A stretch of DNA of 64,000 nt from Myxococcota bacterium. Lineage in GTDB: Bacteria; Myxococcota_A; Polyangia; Nannocystales; Nannocystaceae. The stretch lies in assembly GCA_039028615.1 (NCBI GenBank), contig JBCCHT010000033.1, forward strand, positions 64,001 to 128,000. The letters run 5' to 3'. Within the stretch, counting starts at the first letter, position 1. Each line of letters opens with the position of its first letter. The notes beneath the pieces are model-generated. The model saw only the letters and a list, made by a program, of their open reading frames with translations. It was not told the origin of the DNA and made no database searches. Both the position numbers and the translations under genes were made by a program. Below, piece by piece: positions 19,743 to 28,697 of this stretch.

Positions 19743-20522
19743 ATGAAACCGATGACACGCCTCGTTCGCTCCCTCGTGCTCCTTTCGCCGCTGCTGGTCC
19801 CAACCGTGGCCGGATGTGATGCCTCGGGCGATGACGACGCATTTCGCGCGGCCGCCGAGGCAGCCGAGCTGGCGCTGGACGAAGCGATCGACTCGGCCGA
19901 GCAAACGGACGCGGGCGGCCTCGCGGTGGACGCCCATCTCGTCGAAGACGGCGGCGTCCCTTACTACGAGGTCACGCTGGTCCGAACCGACGAGACGCAA
20001 CGACTGCGCGTTCAGGGCATCGAAGGCGATGTCGAGTGGCGAAGCCCCGCCCCCCGCGGCGGTGACTTCGACGACAGCGAGCGGGCCCTCGCCGATCGAG
20101 GCAACCGACTGAGCGATGCGATCCGTGGGACCTGTGACCGCGACGGCGACATCCTCATCGGCGCTCGCATCAGCGACGGCCGTCTCGACCTCGAGCTGAT
20201 CGACGAGGACGGCGAACGCTACGAAGTGGCGGGCCGCGAGCTGGCCGACCGCACCGTATCGCGGCCGAGCCGAGGCCGCGGTGACGCCGATCGCGGTGAC
20301 ACCGATCGAAGCGATGCCGACCGTGGAGACATCGATCGCGGCGCGGGCAGCCGTGGTGATGCCGACCGCGGCGACCGAGGAGGCGGTCGAGCTGCGATGC
20401 CACGCTGCCGCGAGCTGGCGGGTGACCGTGGCAACCGCGAAGATCTCGGCGACCGGGGCGAGGCCGATCGCGGTGACTCCGATCGTGATGATGCTGGCCG
20501 CGGAGACGCCGGTCGGGGCTGA
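19743..20522 (+). CDS. Lipoprotein with PepSY-like domains and RGD-rich pentapeptide repeat tail
   Basis: Lipobox VAGC; LDEAIDSA...YYEVTL PepSY-like pattern; repeats of RGDxD. Confidence 0.6.
   Translation: MKPMTRLVRSLVLLSPLLVPTVAGCDASGDDDAFRAAAEAAELALDEAIDSAEQTDAGGLAVDAHLVEDGGVPYYEVTLVRTDETQRLRVQGIEGDVEWRSPAPRGGDFDDSERALADRGNRLSDAIRGTCDRDGDILIGARISDGRLDLELIDEDGERYEVAGRELADRTVSRPSRGRGDADRGDTDRSDADRGDIDRGAGSRGDADRGDRGGGRAAMPRCRELAGDRGNREDLGDRGEADRGDSDRDDAGRGDAGRG
20277..20519 (+). repeat. Degenerate 15-bp coding tandem repeat (RGDxD)
   Basis: cgcggtgacgccgat / cgcggtgacaccgat / cgtggagacatcgat / cgtggtgatgccgac. Confidence 0.7.
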
Positions 20523-20546
20523 ACTGGACCTTCTGCCCTTCCCGTT

Positions 20547-20584
20547 GGGGGCCAGGTCGCGCGTGCGGCTTGGCCCCCTTTTTT
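20547..20584 (+). terminator. Rho-independent terminator
   Basis: GGGGGCCA/TGGCCCCC stem followed by T6. Confidence 0.8.
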
Positions 20585-20588
20585 CGAC

Positions 20589-21488
20589 CTACGGGCGTTC
20601 GAACACGGTCTTCACGATGCGGGCGAAGGCGGGAGCCGACACCGAGCCGCCAAAGCCCCCCTTGCCCGCGCCGAGGACCGAGACGCCGATCCATGCCGTC
20701 GTCTCGCCATCGCTGACGCGCCCCACGAAGACCGCCACCCGAGAGCCCGGTTCCCCGCTGGTGCCCGTCTTGCCCAGGACGTCCAGGCCGGGAACCACCG
20801 CCTGATCTCCGGTGCCGTCGGGGCCCACCGCCCCGCGCAGCATGTCGAGAACCGGCTCACCGTCGGGCGCCGCCCCCATCTTCGCGTACGCCCGCACCAG
20901 GTCGTGCAGCGGCACCTCGCTGGAGAACCCGTCGAGCAACCCCACCGCCACACCCAGGCTCTCGTCGCCCGACTCCGGCAGGGGCACCATGGCCGCGACC
21001 CGGGCGTAGACCGCCTTCCACGGGGTGGCCTGGAGTACCCGAGCGAGCGCGATGTTCGAGGATCTCGCCACCGCCTGCGGCAGGGTGAGGACGCCGTTGT
21101 CGTGCGCATCGTAGATCTCGTGCCCGTCCACCACGACCGGCTGGGATGCATCGAGCGTGATCGACGGATCGAGTCCTTCGGCCAACGCGGCATAGATCGT
21201 CAGCGACTTCATCGTCGACCCGGTCGGGGTCGCCTGGTCGATGTCGCCATGAGACGCCAACACCGTGTCGCCTGACGCATCGAACACCACGATCTGAACC
21301 GTGCCGTCCGGGTATTCGGCCTCGAGCGTGGCGGCCTCGGCCTGCACCGCGGATGCCCAATCGAGCGCCGCCGCATTCGAGGAGGCCACAGGCTCGCTCG
21401 CCCCGGAGGCGGGTGTCGCCGCGGGAGTCGACGGAGATGCCGCGCATGCGGCCAGCAGGAGAACGCAGGAACTCAGTCCAATTCGCAT
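20589..21488 (-). CDS. Penicillin-binding transpeptidase-domain lipoprotein
   Basis: SxxK (GSTMK), SxN (SSN), KTG (KTGT); lipobox LAAC. Confidence 0.85.
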   Translation of the reverse strand: MRIGLSSCVLLLAACAASPSTPAATPASGASEPVASSNAAALDWASAVQAEAATLEAEYPDGTVQIVVFDASGDTVLASHGDIDQATPTGSTMKSLTIYAALAEGLDPSITLDASQPVVVDGHEIYDAHDNGVLTLPQAVARSSNIALARVLQATPWKAVYARVAAMVPLPESGDESLGVAVGLLDGFSSEVPLHDLVRAYAKMGAAPDGEPVLDMLRGAVGPDGTGDQAVVPGLDVLGKTGTSGEPGSRVAVFVGRVSDGETTAWIGVSVLGAGKGGFGGSVSAPAFARIVKTVFERP

Positions 21489-21557
21489 GGTCGGCGGCAT
21501 GACGCCCGGGTGCTTTGCTCCATTCCAGTTTGGGAGAAACTCTCGCACCCGGCCGGC

Positions 21558-22454
21558 TCACGAGGCGGGGATGGTGCTCTGGGAGGACGGCAGCTGCCGC
21601 TCGCGCAGCTCCATGATCTCGGTCATCAGCGCCCGCAAGCGCTCGGAGACCTCGGCCTCCAGTTCCTCTTCGGTGAGCCCGCGGCCGGTCTCTTCGCGGA
21701 ACCGATGCAGCGCGTCGTCGCGTCGCTGGCGGAGCTGCAGCAGGTGCAGCTTGATCTCGCTGTCGAGTCGAGCGATGCGCAGCTCCGCGTCGCGCTCGGC
21801 TTCGTGGGTCGCGATGCGATGCGCCGTGGTGGACTCGGTGATCGTGCGAATGCCTCGCGCGTCCATGATGTGGTTGGGATCGAGCTGCTCGATCGGCGTC
21901 TGCCCCAGCGACTCGATCGCAACGTCGTCGAGGACGTAGCCCTGCAGGTCGGACCCGATCTGCTCGACCACCTGATCGCGAAACTCCTCCCGCTGCGAGG
22001 CGAGCTGCTCGAAGCTCACCTCCTTGGCCACCGACTCCAGTGCTTCGGTGAAACGCCCGCGAAAGATTTCATCGATGGTCGTAACCTCGGTGGCGCGAGC
22101 GCACCCCACCCGCGCCGCGACCTTCAGGATGTCCTCGACGCTCGTACCGACCCGCACCGAGAACACCGCCCGAAGGTCGGCCCGGATGTCATCACGGCAT
22201 GACAAACCGTGCCTTCCCTGGCACTCGATTTTCAGCGTCCGAACCGAGACATCCATCAGTTCGGCCCGATGCACGATCGGCAAGACCATGGCGTTGTTCG
22301 ACGAAACCTCGATTCGATTGAGCCGATTGATGATCAGGACGTGACCCGACGGGACGGCGACGAACGAGTGCTTCGCCATGAGCCCGAGGACGATGGCCAT
22401 CAGCACCCCCACCCCCGCGAGCACCGCCACCATGGTCATCGTGGGATCGGACAC
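21558..22454 (-). CDS. SPFH/flotillin (YqiK-like) membrane protein, short form
   Basis: N-terminal TM; GLSCRDDIRAD, DLQGYVLDDVAIESL, DPNHIMDARGIR. Confidence 0.8.
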   Translation of the reverse strand: MSDPTMTMVAVLAGVGVLMAIVLGLMAKHSFVAVPSGHVLIINRLNRIEVSSNNAMVLPIVHRAELMDVSVRTLKIECQGRHGLSCRDDIRADLRAVFSVRVGTSVEDILKVAARVGCARATEVTTIDEIFRGRFTEALESVAKEVSFEQLASQREEFRDQVVEQIGSDLQGYVLDDVAIESLGQTPIEQLDPNHIMDARGIRTITESTTAHRIATHEAERDAELRIARLDSEIKLHLLQLRQRRDDALHRFREETGRGLTEEELEAEVSERLRALMTEIMELRERQLPSSQSTIPAS

Positions 22455-22536
22455 ACGTCATCATATCTTGGCTGGACGACCAGTCCGCGGGTTTTTGCAG
22501 TCTCGAAGAGGGCCGGGCTAGCATCTCGAACCACTC

Positions 22537-24471
22537 ATGGCCCACCGCCAAACCGCGCTACGAAACACCGTCGCCGGCCTCATCGGCCTGGCGCTCGCGG
22601 TCTCTGCCTGCAAGGACGACCGCGAAAGCTCGCCCCAGCGAGACGAGACCGCGGCCCCAGCCGCCGAGCCAGAGCCAGAGCCTTCGAGCGCATCCGACTA
22701 CGCCAACATCGAGCCGCCTCCGCCGACGAAGGTGGACTCGGTGCAGTGGCTCGAGCAGGGCTGGACCGACGAGCAACGCCGTCGCTTCTATTACCTGCAC
22801 CAAGGCGCGGAGACCTTCCCGCTGCCCTACGAGTGGTTCATGGCGCTCGAGCAGCCGAGCCCGAACCCGGCCGAAGAATCCCCGCTGCTGTCCGACCCTG
22901 CCTACCTCGAGCGCTTCGGCTTCATCCGCGGCGAGGCCGACCCCGAGCTCAACCCCGATGGCCTGCCGATCGGCTTCGCCCGCATCGAGCAGTTCGACAA
23001 CCCCATCGGCAACCAGGCCTTCCCCAACCTCGCCACCGGCAAGCGCTACGACGCGATCGGCTTCACCTGCGGGGCGTGTCACACGGGTCAGCTCGAGTAC
23101 CAGGGCAAGCGCGTCATCATCGACGGCGGCCAGGGGATGATCGACGTCTCGACGCTCTCCGATGCGGTCGTCGGCGCACTGGCGGGCCTGACCAGCCGTC
23201 CCCGGGGCATTCGCTTCGTGATGCGCGTGCTGCCCAAGGGATGGACCCTCGAGCAACAAGAGGCCCTGGTCGAGCAGCTCAAGTCGTTCCTGCTGCGCCT
23301 GAAGGCCTCGGGCGAGGACGCTCGGCGAGCGGCGTCGGCCCTCGGTGCCGAGACCGTTCCCGTCGAGGGCTTCATTCGCCTGGACGCCTTCGCGCGCATC
23401 GGCAACCAGCTGTTCTGGACGCAGCAGCGCAAGTCCAACGGCATCACCGGGCCGGAGCTCGACTTCAACTACGCGCTCACCAACGCGCCGGTCAACTACC
23501 CGCCCGCATGGACGGCGCCGTGGTTCGACTGGGTGCAGTTCAACGGCTCGCTCAAGCAGCCGATGTTCCGCAACTACTTCGAGTCGCTCGGCGGCGGCGC
23601 TCGCATGAACCTCGGGCCCGACCCCGAAAAGCAGCTGAGCGCGAGCCCGGACGTGCGGAACATTCGCAAGCTCGAGCACGACCTGGCTGGCGAGGCCCCC
23701 TTTGCCGCCAAGGCGTTCACCGGACTGCGTCCACCAAAGTGGCCCGCGGACGTGCTCGGGCCCGTGGACACCGCCCTGGTCGAAAAGGGCGCCACGCTCT
23801 ACGCCCAGCACTGCCAGCACTGCCACCTGCCCCCGCTCGGCTCGGACGGGATCTGGGACGACGAACAGTGGGTCACCGACACCTACCAGGGCAAGGAGAC
23901 CGGGATCCGCTACCTCAAGCTCGACTTGATCCCGCTCGACGTCATCGGCACCGACCCGGGCCAGGCCAAGAACATGGCCGAGCGCCAGATCCAGCTCCCC
24001 GAGTTCGCGGGCGGCACCAAGACCAGCTACCGCGAGGCCCTCATGGCCATGCAGGGCGCGATCACCAAGGCCTACGACGAAGCGGGCATCCCCGAGGACC
24101 AGCGCGCCGAATACGACGGCCACCGCGACAACGTCGTGCGCACCGAGCTGGCCTACCGACCTCGCCCCCTCGACGGCGTCTGGGCCACCGCTCCGTTCCT
24201 GCACAACGGCTCCGTGCCCAACCTCTACGCCCTGCTGTCGCCCGTATCCGAGCGGCCGGAGAAGTTCTACCTGGGCAGCCGACAGTTCGATCCCAAGCGG
24301 GTCGGCTACGAGCACGGCGAGGGCAAGGGCCTGACGCTGGTCGATACCAGCATCGGCGGTAACCTCAATACCGGGCACGAGTTCACCGAAGGCTCGGGTA
24401 AGGGAATCATCGGTCCCGCCCTGAGCGAAGATGACCGGTGGGCTCTGGTCGAATACCTCAAGACGCTCTGA
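22537..24471 (+). CDS. Di-heme cytochrome c lipoprotein (RoxA-like / di-heme cytochrome c peroxidase family)
   Basis: CGACH and CQHCH; LDGVWATAPFLHNGSVP; NTGHEF; lipobox VSAC. Confidence 0.85.
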   Translation: MAHRQTALRNTVAGLIGLALAVSACKDDRESSPQRDETAAPAAEPEPEPSSASDYANIEPPPPTKVDSVQWLEQGWTDEQRRRFYYLHQGAETFPLPYEWFMALEQPSPNPAEESPLLSDPAYLERFGFIRGEADPELNPDGLPIGFARIEQFDNPIGNQAFPNLATGKRYDAIGFTCGACHTGQLEYQGKRVIIDGGQGMIDVSTLSDAVVGALAGLTSRPRGIRFVMRVLPKGWTLEQQEALVEQLKSFLLRLKASGEDARRAASALGAETVPVEGFIRLDAFARIGNQLFWTQQRKSNGITGPELDFNYALTNAPVNYPPAWTAPWFDWVQFNGSLKQPMFRNYFESLGGGARMNLGPDPEKQLSASPDVRNIRKLEHDLAGEAPFAAKAFTGLRPPKWPADVLGPVDTALVEKGATLYAQHCQHCHLPPLGSDGIWDDEQWVTDTYQGKETGIRYLKLDLIPLDVIGTDPGQAKNMAERQIQLPEFAGGTKTSYREALMAMQGAITKAYDEAGIPEDQRAEYDGHRDNVVRTELAYRPRPLDGVWATAPFLHNGSVPNLYALLSPVSERPEKFYLGSRQFDPKRVGYEHGEGKGLTLVDTSIGGNLNTGHEFTEGSGKGIIGPALSEDDRWALVEYLKTL

Positions 24472-24510
24472 GCCCTTCCTACTTCCCGAGGGCTGAGATA
24501 GCGTGGGCCG

Positions 24511-27500
24511 ATGGCGAATGCCGCCCGCGTCGTCTTGCCTGGCCCCAGCGGCGAACGATTCGAGCTGAGCGCGAGTCGTGAGCTCGTCGAGACGCCAGGC
24601 TGGCCCGTCACCGATGGTCGCTACGCCGCGACCATCGTGCGATCCCACCTCCAAGGACCGGGGCCTCGGGTCCGGGCGGCCCTGCGGGCGCTCCGTGAGC
24701 TCTTCGAGCAATGGGCGCCCGCCGACACCTCGTTGTCGGACGAACAGGTCATCGAGCGCGCCGCGGCGGAGCTCGAGCAGAGCGACGGAGGCCGGCTGAT
24801 GCTGCGCCAGGTGGAGGCACCTCGGGTCCTGGCGAGCAGCTTCGACGCCGGCACCGAGCCCATCCAGGACCTCGTCGATCTGGCCGAGCCGGCCCCCGCC
24901 GAGGAGACCACTACTTGGTTCGAGGTTCACTTCGAAGACGAGCTCGGCGAGGCGCTGTCCGACGTGGGGCTCAGCCTCGCCATCGACGGGGGCATCGAGT
25001 CGGCCACCACCGACGGCAGCGGAACGGTGCGCCACGACGGAGCCCGCACGAGCTTCGCGTCGGCCAAGGTCGCCGATCTCTCCGCGCTGCGCGACGTCCT
25101 GATCGAGCGCTGGTCCGAGGCCCGGGGCCAGCCGTGGAAGACCCACGAAGGCCACACCGAGCACACCATCGTTCCCTACCGCGAGCCGCTCCCCGAGATC
25201 GCGCTCAGCAGCGAGACCCCGCACACGGTGGTGCTGCAGCCTCGGGTCACCCGGGCGCGGCTGGTCGGCGGGCTCTTCGACACCAACAAGGCCTTCCTGC
25301 TCCCCGACGCGCTGCGCCACGTACGATCGATTCGTTCGCTCTACGACCAGCACCCGGACGCCGAGCTGCTGCTAGTCGGCCATACCGATACCAGCGGAGA
25401 GATTCCCTACAACGAGACGCTATCGCTCGAGCGGGCCGAGTCGATGAAGGCCTACCTCACCGACGACGTCGACGCCTGGCTCGACTGGTACGGCTCGGGC
25501 AAGCCCTCGTCCAAGCGCTGGGGCGAGATGGAAGACCGCATGATGCTCGAGGCGGTGCTCTTCCGTCGCGGGCAGAGCCCGAGCTCGCAGTCGCTGAAGG
25601 ACTTCCAGCGCAGCGAAGGCCTGGTCGACGACGGCATCATCGGTCCGAATACCCGGCGGGCCCTCGTCACCGCGTACATGGGGATCGACGGCACGACCCT
25701 GCCCGAGGGGATCACCCCGGTCACCCATGGCTGCGGCGAGGCCTTCCCCCTCGCCGGCGACGGAGTCGCGCTCGACGACGCCGCGGCCGATGGCCAGAGC
25801 GATGCCGCCGACCGTCGGGTGGAGCTGTTCTTCTTCGACGGGCCGCTGGACATCCTGCCGCCCCCGCCCGGCTCGACCTCGGCCGCGGGCAGCACCGAGT
25901 ATCCCGAGTGGCGGCTGCGCGCGCAGCAGACCCGCGACTTCGTGGTCCGCGAGACCAAGGCCATCGCGGTCAAGGTCACCGATGCCGATACCGACGAGCC
26001 GCTGGCCGGCGCCCAGGTCACGCTGTCGGCCGCGGCGCCCGAGGGCGTCGACGCCAAGCCCGAAGGCGGCGGCTCGAAGGAGACCGACGACTTCGGCGTC
26101 GCCGTGTTCGACGACATGGACGACGGCAGCTACAGCGTGGGCGTCGAGCGGCCCAGCCACTCCGGCGAGGTGGTCGAGCACGAGATCGGGCCCGACGATC
26201 CGCCCACCGTGATCCCCATCGCCCTGGCCGCGGGCTTGGGCGACCTGCTGGTGTCGGTCACCGACCAGCACACGGGCGCCGCCCTCAAAGACATCGACGT
26301 GCGCATCGACGGCCCCGAAGCGCACGGGAAGCTGACCGCGGCCGACGGCTCCGCCACCTTCAGCGACATCCCCACCGGGTCCTACGACGTCGAGGTCGCC
26401 GCCAACGGCTTCAGCGCCTTCACGGGCACGGCCACGGTCGTCGCGGACTCGTCCGTCTCCCTGCCCGTGACGCTGGTGTCCACCAAGCCCCGCGAGGGCA
26501 ACCTCGCCATCGTCGTACAGGACAAGGGCGGCGCCCCCATCAAGGACGCCACCGTTCGCCTGCAAGGCATGACCTCCACCACGACCAACACCAACGCCAA
26601 GGGCGAAGCGTTGATCGGGCCCGTGAACGAGGGCACCCATCAGCTGGAGACCCTCGCCGAGTGGTTCGAGCTGAAGACCGAGAACGTGTCGGTCTTGCCC
26701 GATCAGACCACCAACGTGACCGTGGTGCTCTCGCCGCTGAAGGTCGACCTCGAGGCCACGCTCTTTTACAACCGCACCTGGGACTACAACGCGCACGCCA
26801 CCCCCATCGCGGCGGTCAAAGAGACCCTGCCCGGGGTCAAGGTGGAGCTGCGGATCAAGCCCAAGGGGGGCAGCTCGCTGTCCGTGCACGCCACCGAGCA
26901 CGCGAGCAAGGACGGCAAGGTCAAATTCAAGGCCGTGCCTCAGGCCGACGCCCTCGAGCTGCGGATCTTCCTCGAGCACGAGGGCGGCAAGATCGTCGCG
27001 TTCAAGGGAGACACCAACGCCGTCACCCAGGCCGATTTCGAGGTCAAGACCAACAAGTCGGCCTGGCATCAGCTGCCGCTGTCGGCCGCGCTCATGGGCA
27101 AGATCGACGGCAAGATGTCCGCCGTGGATCTCGGCGACATCGAGATCACCAAGGCGCTCTTCGTCGACATGTGCGACTGCTACAAGTCGATCTGGTTCGG
27201 CCACGGGCAGATCAAGAAGCTCGCCAACAGCACCCTGCCCTTCTGCGAGGTCCGCTACCCCTCCACCACCACCAGCTTCCACCGCGGCGGCAAGCTCACC
27301 GTCCTCAAGGACGACCTCAAAGACCGCGACGTGCTGCTCCACGAGTACGCGCACTTCATCATCGGCAAGAAGGTCGGCTCGAAGGGCGCGGGCTACAAGT
27401 ACGACGATGGCAACGGCACCATCGGCAAGCACAACCGCACGAGCAAAGAGCACTACGAGTCCGCCTGGGCCGAAGGCATCGCCACCTTCCTGTCTTGTGC

Positions 27501-28062
27501 GATGTCCAACGACCCGCACTACCACGACGGCTACGACGCCAACCTCAGTTATCACCTCGACAGCGACAACACGCAAATCGGGGCCCACTCCGAGGGGAGC
27601 ATCCAGGAGGCGCTGTGGGACACCTACAAGGTGCAGGGGGTGAGCTTCAAGAAGATGTGGGCCGCGCTGACCAACACCTCGAAGATGGTGGTCAACTCGG
27701 CGCCGAAGTATCACGAAAACTGGGGCAGCCTGGGCGTCGCCGACCACGCCAAGCTCGTGGCCGCGTACCACAAGTTCAGCATGAAGTACGTCTACGACTA
27801 CCGCAGCGGCGGTGATCGTTTCGAGGCGGTGGCCGCCCCCAAGAAGTTCTCGGCCTCGAGCAAGGAGTTCGCCACCATCGACGAGCTGTACGACAACTTC
27901 GGCAAGCTCGGCGGCGGCACCAAGGCGGACTACAAAGAAGAGTTCTACAACCGCAACGAGAAGTTCAACTCCGGGGCCATGGCGTCCGGCTCCTCGCGCA
28001 CCAACCCGAAGATCACCGCGGGCAAGAAGTACATCGTGCCCGAGCGTCGGGAGATCAAGTGA
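24511..28062 (+). CDS. OmpA-like / peptidoglycan-binding / carboxypeptidase-regulatory (Ig-like) repeat protein with C-terminal zinc metalloprotease
   Basis: GHTDTSG..YNETLSLERA and RRVE (OmpA); FQRSEGLVDDGIIGPNT (PG-binding); G.Y.V.V repeats; HEYAH at 27340-27354 plus AWAEG. Confidence 0.8.
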   Translation: MANAARVVLPGPSGERFELSASRELVETPGWPVTDGRYAATIVRSHLQGPGPRVRAALRALRELFEQWAPADTSLSDEQVIERAAAELEQSDGGRLMLRQVEAPRVLASSFDAGTEPIQDLVDLAEPAPAEETTTWFEVHFEDELGEALSDVGLSLAIDGGIESATTDGSGTVRHDGARTSFASAKVADLSALRDVLIERWSEARGQPWKTHEGHTEHTIVPYREPLPEIALSSETPHTVVLQPRVTRARLVGGLFDTNKAFLLPDALRHVRSIRSLYDQHPDAELLLVGHTDTSGEIPYNETLSLERAESMKAYLTDDVDAWLDWYGSGKPSSKRWGEMEDRMMLEAVLFRRGQSPSSQSLKDFQRSEGLVDDGIIGPNTRRALVTAYMGIDGTTLPEGITPVTHGCGEAFPLAGDGVALDDAAADGQSDAADRRVELFFFDGPLDILPPPPGSTSAAGSTEYPEWRLRAQQTRDFVVRETKAIAVKVTDADTDEPLAGAQVTLSAAAPEGVDAKPEGGGSKETDDFGVAVFDDMDDGSYSVGVERPSHSGEVVEHEIGPDDPPTVIPIALAAGLGDLLVSVTDQHTGAALKDIDVRIDGPEAHGKLTAADGSATFSDIPTGSYDVEVAANGFSAFTGTATVVADSSVSLPVTLVSTKPREGNLAIVVQDKGGAPIKDATVRLQGMTSTTTNTNAKGEALIGPVNEGTHQLETLAEWFELKTENVSVLPDQTTNVTVVLSPLKVDLEATLFYNRTWDYNAHATPIAAVKETLPGVKVELRIKPKGGSSLSVHATEHASKDGKVKFKAVPQADALELRIFLEHEGGKIVAFKGDTNAVTQADFEVKTNKSAWHQLPLSAALMGKIDGKMSAVDLGDIEITKALFVDMCDCYKSIWFGHGQIKKLANSTLPFCEVRYPSTTTSFHRGGKLTVLKDDLKDRDVLLHEYAHFIIGKKVGSKGAGYKYDDGNGTIGKHNRTSKEHYESAWAEGIATFLSCAMSNDPHYHDGYDANLSYHLDSDNTQIGAHSEGSIQEALWDTYKVQGVSFKKMWAALTNTSKMVVNSAPKYHENWGSLGVADHAKLVAAYHKFSMKYVYDYRSGGDRFEAVAAPKKFSASSKEFATIDELYDNFGKLGGGTKADYKEEFYNRNEKFNSGAMASGSSRTNPKITAGKKYIVPERREIK

Positions 28063-28697
28063 TGCGCCTCGGCCTGCTCGCGCTGGGGCTCGTGCTCGCG
28101 AGCTGCCGTTCTTCTGCCCCCTCCCTCGACGACCCCGATCCCACCGGTCGCGCGCAGCCCAAGCCCGCCGACGTCTCGGCCCCCGCCACCGCCGAGCCGG
28201 CCGCGCCCACGCCCGCGACCAAGGAACCCGCCATGCCCTTCTCCGACGACGTCCTCCCCTCGAAGCTCTCCGTCGAGCAGCTCGACAAAGTCGAGGTTCG
28301 GTACTCCTTCATGTCCCCCAAGACCGGTGCCGGCCGCCAAGAGCTGCACATCAAGGGCTCGGGCGAGGTGAAGCTGCTCCGCACCATGGCCTACGACCAG
28401 CCCGAAGAGCTCCGCGAGGGCCAGGCCCCGGCCGACGCCGCGCGGCGAATGCTCGAGGTCATGGAGGACGAGGGCTTCTTCACCCTCGAGGACGAGTACG
28501 AGCAAGAGCCTCCCCACGGCGGCACCTTCATCGTTCAGGTCGTCTTCCCCGGCGGGCAGGCCAAGTCCGTGGCCGTCGACGTCGTGCCCGACCACCGTCC
28601 GCCCGATGCCTTCGCCCGCGCGGTCGGGGCCATCAAGCTGGTTGCCGGCCTCGCCACCCCCGAGGCGCTGCACCACCGCTTCCTGCCGACGCTCTAG
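28059..28697 (+). CDS. Lipoprotein, DUF6438/emfourin-like; candidate protease inhibitor or immunity protein
   Basis: Lipobox LASC; start overlaps upstream stop (GTGATG); GFFTLEDEY...IVQV...KSV pattern. Confidence 0.55.
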   Translation: MMRLGLLALGLVLASCRSSAPSLDDPDPTGRAQPKPADVSAPATAEPAAPTPATKEPAMPFSDDVLPSKLSVEQLDKVEVRYSFMSPKTGAGRQELHIKGSGEVKLLRTMAYDQPEELREGQAPADAARRMLEVMEDEGFFTLEDEYEQEPPHGGTFIVQVVFPGGQAKSVAVDVVPDHRPPDAFARAVGAIKLVAGLATPEALHHRFLPTL

